Below are positions 58,680-64,000 of a stretch of 64,000 bases of DNA, one piece after another. A program made the translations under genes and the position numbers. The notes under the pieces were generated by a model, which worked only from the letters and a program-made list of their open reading frames with translations, was not told the origin of the DNA and searched no databases. The stretch lies in assembly GCA_046292385.1 (NCBI GenBank), contig JBKBRF010000014.1, forward strand, positions 31,955-95,954. Direction: 5' to 3'. Source of the DNA: Armatimonadota bacterium. Lineage in GTDB: Bacteria > Armatimonadota > SYMT01. Position 1 is the first letter of the stretch. Every line of letters begins with the position of its first letter.

Positions 58680-60743
58680 TCACTCCGGAGGCTCCTCCGA
58701 AGCGACCAGGAAGAAGTGGGCGATCGGCTCCGCGCCGGGGATTTGCAGCACCACTTCCACTCGCTGGCCCTTCACTCGGGTCAGGTCCCGCTCCGTCGCT
58801 TTCGGATTATGTACGCGAGCAGATTCTAGCGCCTCCTCGGTATTCTCCGCGTGGAACCACTCATTCCCGGCGTAGAGCCACGCGGCGGGGACACGTCGCA
58901 GGTGCAGCGTTCCGCTCATCAGCGCCGCTTCCAGCCGGTCCTCTTCCTCGAAGCCGCGTCCGAGCACGAACGCCCGTTCGCCAGCGCCTGGCCGGGCCTC
59001 CGTGCCGTCGAAGAGCGCAACCGTATCCGCGCAGACGCGGAGTGCGTACCGCCTGGACACCGCGGAGAGAGCTGTGATGGGGACCGGTCGTCCGGTACTC
59101 AGCGTGCGCAGGAGCGGCGGCGGCAGCGAGTGCAGCAGGCGCAGCATCGGCCGGCTCTGCTCCAGATCCGCTTCCAGCAGCGAGGACAGACCTCCGAAAC
59201 CGCGGCTCTCCCACCGCTGCACCAGGACGTCCGCCTGGCCTGGCGTGAGACTCCCGCCGATTTCCAGTAGATCGGGGAGCGCTAGAGCCTGACTCTGACG
59301 GATCCTGCGTTCCCAAGCCTCCACCCGACGGGCGGGCGGCTCCACCGCTCTAGAAGCAGCCCACGCTACATGCCGGAACGACAGGTAACCGCGCTCCAAC
59401 CGGCAGTGCCGGCTGAAGCTGCGGCACACCCGCTCCAGCACCCTGGCCGCCGGCTCTTGCACCGTGACCATCGGACTATGGATCGCGTCGCTCCCGTAGC
59501 CATCCGCCACGATCGGGTAAGGGAGATGCGCCGACAACCGCTCCAACACGTCGGCTAGTAGGTTCGGGTGCTCCGGCTTCACCTTCTCGGGTTTCGGAAG
59601 GCTGATCGGGAGCTGTAACTTTCGCACCTGCTCATCCAGCTGCGGCTCCGAGATTGAGTAATGGAATGAGCCGGGGTGAACCTCTTCCTGAAAGGTCGTC
59701 TCCACGCGAGTATGGCTTCGGTCGTCGCCGTAGCTACCCAGGGTGCGAACACGGACACGCAGCCGCGCATCCGGGCCAACGTCCTCGAGCGAGAGCTCCG
59801 CTCGCACGCGTTGCGCGGAGTGGAACGGGATGGGGACATCACGCCCGGTCTCCTCGTCGATGCGATGCGCCAGGCTCCCCAGCCCTCCGGCCACGATGCT
59901 GGCTGCCATCTGCGCTGAGATCGGCACCCGATCTCGTTCGCGAGGGAAGGAAAATCGAATCGACTCCCCCTGCCACAGTGCGGCCTGACCCTCTGCCGGA
60001 AGCGTTGAGTAGAGTCGGCCCGCGGCATCCAGGCCGTTGAACCCTCGAAAGCGCTCCGGGTCCAGGATCAGAAGCCGGCGCTGCTCCCTCAGCAGCGCCC
60101 CTCGCTCAGCGCGAGACGGCGGCGGCCCGAGGGGCACTCGCCGGATCGACGTGCCGTCCTCCTCTCGCTCCACGACGATACGGCCGTGCAGTCGCTCGTC
60201 GATCTCACCCAGCCGCCGGCGCCACTCTTCCGGACCCCGGCGCGCGAGGGCCGCAACCTCCGGGCTGCCGGCGAGCCGCCGCCACTCCTCCAGCAACTCC
60301 CGCAGGGCGGCCACTTCACCTTCGGGGCAGCCGCGCAGGGCCAGCTCCCGCCGGCGGGCCGCCAGGCTCTGGATCAGCACCAGCTCCGGCTTGCCGGCCC
60401 GCGTACGCTGCACCCACTGGTAGTCCAGGTGGTCTGCCACGACCGCGAGGATTTCGTGGGCCGGGCGGCTCCGTGCGAAGAGGGTGATCCGCTCGTCCGC
60501 CACCTCGGAGCCTGCCGCGACGGGCGCGCCCGTGAGGCGGGCGATCCTGGCGAGGAAGCCGGCCAGCGGCTCTTCCCGGGCGGTGACCGTCACCTCCGCC
60601 TTCAGTCTCGGATCGCTCTCCAGCGGCCCGCTCGACTCGGCCGACACCCGGATCGACGCGGAAGTCCCGGCGAGACAGCTTACACCCGCCAGGTGCAGCG
60701 CTGCCCGGCGGGTGAGCCAAAGGCAGTGTAATGGCGGTCGCAT
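58680..60743 (-). CDS. Large hypothetical secreted protein (687 aa)
   Basis: Start chosen at ATG 60743 (MRPPLHCLWLTRRAALHLAGVSCLAGTSA, signal-like) to avoid overlapping the divergent gene at 60854. No SD is seen, so the start is uncertain. No domain recognised. Confidence 0.45.
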   Translation of the reverse strand: MRPPLHCLWLTRRAALHLAGVSCLAGTSASIRVSAESSGPLESDPRLKAEVTVTAREEPLAGFLARIARLTGAPVAAGSEVADERITLFARSRPAHEILAVVADHLDYQWVQRTRAGKPELVLIQSLAARRRELALRGCPEGEVAALRELLEEWRRLAGSPEVAALARRGPEEWRRRLGEIDERLHGRIVVEREEDGTSIRRVPLGPPPSRAERGALLREQRRLLILDPERFRGFNGLDAAGRLYSTLPAEGQAALWQGESIRFSFPRERDRVPISAQMAASIVAGGLGSLAHRIDEETGRDVPIPFHSAQRVRAELSLEDVGPDARLRVRVRTLGSYGDDRSHTRVETTFQEEVHPGSFHYSISEPQLDEQVRKLQLPISLPKPEKVKPEHPNLLADVLERLSAHLPYPIVADGYGSDAIHSPMVTVQEPAARVLERVCRSFSRHCRLERGYLSFRHVAWAASRAVEPPARRVEAWERRIRQSQALALPDLLEIGGSLTPGQADVLVQRWESRGFGGLSSLLEADLEQSRPMLRLLHSLPPPLLRTLSTGRPVPITALSAVSRRYALRVCADTVALFDGTEARPGAGERAFVLGRGFEEEDRLEAALMSGTLHLRRVPAAWLYAGNEWFHAENTEEALESARVHNPKATERDLTRVKGQRVEVVLQIPGAEPIAHFFLVASEEPPE

Positions 60744-60853
60744 AGCGCATCTGACGCCGGTGCGGCGGAGCAGTTTCGGAGGGAATGCGCTCCACCGTTG
60801 CGTGCCGGCCCGGCGAGGAAGGCAATGGAAGCTACCATCCCGAACGAGCAGGC

Positions 60854-62188
60854 ATGAGCCGCCCCCGCCGCTTCCGCTGGCTGCGCTTCGCCCCGTTGCT
60901 GCTCGTGCTGGTGGTCGGCATCGGCTGGGGCCGCAAGGCGCTGACCCCACCGCTCCACGTGGCCCGTTTCGCGGACGGGACCACGGTGACGGTGCACGAG
61001 ATCGACTGGGGTCCGGGGAACGAGTACGTCGATGGAACCGCGTGGGACCGGCTGATCGCTCCATTCATGTCGCCCTGGAAGCGACCGCAAGTCCGGAGTG
61101 TCCACGCCCCCGATCCCCAGACGCCGGTGATCTGGTTCTCGGACCAAGGACCCTCCGCCGGAGCGTGGGACGACATCTCGGTCTTCGACGAGCATGGGTG
61201 CGAGTCGCGGGCTACCGCGGCCTGGACCCGATTCGTCTCCGCTTCGTTCACTCCCTCCGGTAACCAGTTGAGGTTGGTCGGGCTCCACTCGCTCGCGCCT
61301 CCGGCGTATCCACGCCGGGGAAGGCTGTTGGGCGTACGGTTCTGGGACCGCAGCGACCGTATCCTCGGAGAGGTCCGGCTCGCCAACCCATCGCGAGGCA
61401 CGCATCCCTCGTGGCAGGATGAGCCTCTGAAGCTGAGCGAAGCACTCGACGATCTCCACCGGATCCGGCTGGATCACTTCAAAACCGGCTTCCCTCTCGG
61501 AGGCGGGTGGACGCATCCGGTGCTCTACGGCAATACCAAGATTGGCCTCGAGATTACGCGCGGAGGCCGCCCAACCGTGGATTGGGTGCCGTACTACGCA
61601 TCGATCCACGACGCCACTGGCAACACCTATCCCGGCCTGCGCCACCAGGGAATGGGAGGGCCGAGAGCACGAATACACCAGCTCAGTGATCTCGTCACGC
61701 TTTTCCCGGATGACGAGATCTACCGCGTGAAGGTCGCGTGTGGTCGCACGCGCACTGCCAGCTTCGCGCCGGACGAGTTGTGGACACTCCCCGATGTTCC
61801 GCCGGCAGACGCCGGCGGCGAATCGAAGCCGGTAGTGGTGGCACGTGACGGCCTGGAATTACAGGGCGAGGTGGTCCGCGAAGCCGAGACACGCTCACTG
61901 CAGCTTCAGGTGTCGATCAATCACGGAACGCCGGATCTCTACCTCACGGTCGTCCGTGCCGTCGACGAATCCGGCCGAGAAATCCAGCTTCCGTCGGAGG
62001 TTGCAAACGGATACTCCGGTCCGAGCATCCACTACTTTCCCACCAATTCGTCCACTCGCTATGACCTCCCCGTCCCCCGGTGGGGGAGGAAGGTCACCCT
62101 CACGGTAGCGGTGCAGCGCGCGAAGTGGGTGGAGTTCACCGCCACGCCCGCGCGTCCTGCCGAGGCGGACACGGGCGCTGTGAGATAA
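60854..62188 (+). CDS. Membrane-anchored hypothetical protein, paralogue A (N-terminus MSRPRRFRWLRFAPLLLVLVVGIGWGRKALTPPLHVARFADGTTVTVHEIDWGP)
   Basis: The first ~55 aa are near-identical to the next gene. N-terminal TM. Confidence 0.55.
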   Translation: MSRPRRFRWLRFAPLLLVLVVGIGWGRKALTPPLHVARFADGTTVTVHEIDWGPGNEYVDGTAWDRLIAPFMSPWKRPQVRSVHAPDPQTPVIWFSDQGPSAGAWDDISVFDEHGCESRATAAWTRFVSASFTPSGNQLRLVGLHSLAPPAYPRRGRLLGVRFWDRSDRILGEVRLANPSRGTHPSWQDEPLKLSEALDDLHRIRLDHFKTGFPLGGGWTHPVLYGNTKIGLEITRGGRPTVDWVPYYASIHDATGNTYPGLRHQGMGGPRARIHQLSDLVTLFPDDEIYRVKVACGRTRTASFAPDELWTLPDVPPADAGGESKPVVVARDGLELQGEVVREAETRSLQLQVSINHGTPDLYLTVVRAVDESGREIQLPSEVANGYSGPSIHYFPTNSSTRYDLPVPRWGRKVTLTVAVQRAKWVEFTATPARPAEADTGAVR

Positions 62189-62237
62189 TACCTGCACATC
62201 GGAAGGTAAGCGCCAATACGATGCTGAACGGGCGGGT

Positions 62238-63512
62238 ATGTCCCGCCCCCGCCGCTTCCGCTGGCTGCGCTTCGTCCCGCTGCTCGCCGTGCTGGTGCTG
62301 GGGATCGTCTGGGGCCGGAAGGCGCTCACCCCACCGCTGCACGTCGCCCGCTTCGCGGACGGCACCACGGTGACGGTCCACCGGATCGACTGGGGGCCGA
62401 GCACCTACGTGGAGGGTGCCTGGTGGCAACAGCTACTCGTGCCAATTCTCCCGGCTCGGTGGGGGCCGCGGATTCACGAGAAGACCGACCTCCAGCAGAC
62501 TACGCCCGTTCTCTGGCTATCGGAAACGGGACCCATTGCAAAGCAGTGGTTTGCCGCCACGGTGTTCGATGAGCTGGGCAACGAAACGCTCGTCGGCGTA
62601 CAGCACTGGGCAGTGAGCGGGGGTGACGTCTACCCAATGCCACTCAATCCGTACCCGCGCCGTTCTCACACTCTGGGGATTCGGTTCTGGCGGTGGGATG
62701 GCAAGCGTCTGGGGGAGCTCCGATTGAAGAATCCGCGGCTATCTCAAGACCCGCAGCAGATTCCGGAACGCCTTCCCGCGCGTCGTTCCCTGGCTGGCTC
62801 CCGAGTCAGCCTGGTTGGCTTTCGCACCGGACTTCCCAGTTCCTCGCACGACGCATTCGCGCGCGAAACCGAAATGCTGTTCGAGGTGTCAAGGGGCGGC
62901 GCCACTGACGAGACCTGGATCCCCGTCGGCGCATCGGTTACGGACGCAACCGGGAATCGATTCGACCTGCCTTCCAAGATGGGTCGGGAACGGCGCGGCC
63001 CCCTGCACCGGCTCTACTTCGAGGGTAATCTGTTCCAGAGCGAGCAGGGCTACCACATTCAGGTCGCGTGGGCTCGCAGCGTTCGCGCCCGCTTCTCCGC
63101 GAGCGAGCTGTGGACCCTGCGCGACATTCCGATGCCGCGGTTCGGGGAGCGAACTCCCTTATCGAGGCAGACGAGGTTTGGGGCGGCCAGGCTCACGGCG
63201 GTGGAGCTAAGTCGAGAGTACCGGGACGGCCGCCCGGAGCTCCAAATACAGTCAAACTCGGGCGAGTTCAACCCGCACGTCTCGCTCGTGAGCGCGGTCG
63301 ACGATCGGGGTAGGAAGCTGCAGGTGCGACCGGACTGGGAGGATGGGCTCTCATTCGGTCCGGACTTCACGCTTTACAGTCTGCCGTTTACGCGCGGCAT
63401 CAACGCCAAGTCGGTGACGCTTACCCTGGCGTTGCAGTACCCGAAGTGGGTAGAGTTCACCGCTGCGCCGACCTGGCCGGCGAAGAAGGGGGCGTCCACC
63501 GCAGCGAAGTAG
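62238..63512 (+). CDS. Membrane-anchored hypothetical protein, paralogue B
   Basis: MSRPRRFRWLRFVPLLAVLVLGIVWGRKALTPPLHVARFADGTTVTVHRIDWGP. The C-terminus ...KWVEFTAAPTWPA parallels ...KWVEFTATPARPA of paralogue A. Confidence 0.6.
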   Translation: MSRPRRFRWLRFVPLLAVLVLGIVWGRKALTPPLHVARFADGTTVTVHRIDWGPSTYVEGAWWQQLLVPILPARWGPRIHEKTDLQQTTPVLWLSETGPIAKQWFAATVFDELGNETLVGVQHWAVSGGDVYPMPLNPYPRRSHTLGIRFWRWDGKRLGELRLKNPRLSQDPQQIPERLPARRSLAGSRVSLVGFRTGLPSSSHDAFARETEMLFEVSRGGATDETWIPVGASVTDATGNRFDLPSKMGRERRGPLHRLYFEGNLFQSEQGYHIQVAWARSVRARFSASELWTLRDIPMPRFGERTPLSRQTRFGAARLTAVELSREYRDGRPELQIQSNSGEFNPHVSLVSAVDDRGRKLQVRPDWEDGLSFGPDFTLYSLPFTRGINAKSVTLTLALQYPKWVEFTAAPTWPAKKGASTAAK

Positions 63513-63589
63513 CCTCTGGAGGTGACCCTTCGCGTCCTTCCAATACTTCGCGCCTTCGCGTCCGTTCGGAAGTCCTCCGCGCGAGAGCG

Positions 63590-64000
63590 TCAGGCAGTGA
63601 GGCCGAGGTAGCGGGGCTGCCAGTCGGGGAAGACGCGGTCCAGGTGCGGGTTGTGCAGCCGGCGCTCCACGATCTCGCCCAGGATGTCCCGGTAGTCGGT
63701 GGTGACGCGCAGGTTGCCGTCGCGGTCCAGCTCGTCCTTGGAGAGGCCGGGCCAGCGGCCGTAGACCTTGCCGCCCCGGATGCCGCCGCCGAGCAGGAAC
63801 ATGGCGCTGCCGCGGCCGTGGTCGGTGCCGAGGCCGCTGTTCTCGTGGACGCGGCGCCCGAACTCGGTCATCGCGACCACCGTCACGCGCTTCATCCGGC
63901 GCTCCAGGTCGGCGTGGAAGGCGTGGAGCGACTTCCCCAGGTCCTGCATCAGGCCGCTCATCAGCGTCACCTGCGCCACGTGGGCGTCCCAGCCGCCGAG
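63590..64000 (-). CDS. DUF1501-family (sulfatase-like) protein, C-terminal fragment; 5' end beyond the window
   Basis: ...MTEFGRRVHENSGLGTDHGRGSAMFLLGGGIRGGKVYGRWPGL... matches the conserved DUF1501 C-terminus. The ORF runs off the window edge. Confidence 0.7.
   Translation of the reverse strand, partial: LGGWDAHVAQVTLMSGLMQDLGKSLHAFHADLERRMKRVTVVAMTEFGRRVHENSGLGTDHGRGSAMFLLGGGIRGGKVYGRWPGLSKDELDRDGNLRVTTDYRDILGEIVERRLHNPHLDRVFPDWQPRYLGLTA

Noticed and set aside
58680-61064. Full-length 794-aa version of the minus-strand ORF starting at 61064
   Set aside because: Its first 107 codons are R/P/S-rich and overlap the divergent paralogue-A gene start by ~210 nt. The internal ATG at 60743, followed by a hydrophobic signal-like segment, is preferred, though unproven.

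Overview
High-GC (~70%) bacterial chromosomal segment, gene-dense on both strands. Most long six-frame ORFs are antisense or out-of-frame artefacts of the GC bias, so gene calls were made only where I could see a motif, an SD box or signal peptide, or operon context.

Recognisable content, in order: a HK/response-regulator pair, UbiX, a molybdopterin oxidoreductase, a YdjC-deacetylase/GT2 pair, several secreted hypotheticals and a solo dnaE2-like polymerase. Then an IS21-family element (istA plus frameshifted istB) lies next to tRNA-Glu(CUC), followed by an orphan receiver protein, an SDR and three tandem paralogous double-module membrane proteins. Further on are an orphan ABC SBP+permease, glmS and a second SDR whose 3' end is duplicated ~5.5 kb downstream. 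Then come L,D-transpeptidase, PEP carboxylase, two tandem TlpA-like genes with in-frame TGA and conserved SECIS-like hairpins (selenoproteins), a copper-amine-oxidase-like protein, RsmE, a phosphodiester glycosidase, PBP1A, Uma2, an Eis-like GNAT and a third candidate selenoprotein. The window ends with a second orphan ABC permease, Tpx, two tandem paralogous membrane-anchored proteins and a DUF1501 fragment.

The most notable structure is a low-GC (~50%) 5.5-kb island at 32655-38215. It is bounded by ~190-bp direct repeats of the SDR 3' end and carries a four-gene translationally coupled operon: an orphan amino-methyltransferase, a PRTase-motif protein, a glycine-rich P-loop protein and an unknown protein. 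No integrase or recognisable nuclease is present; I read it as a candidate novel MTase-linked defence or mobile cassette.

The window is also rich in short dispersed and tandem repeat families: heptamer microsatellites, MITE/REP-like palindromes and G-rich TAGGGTGTAGG elements.
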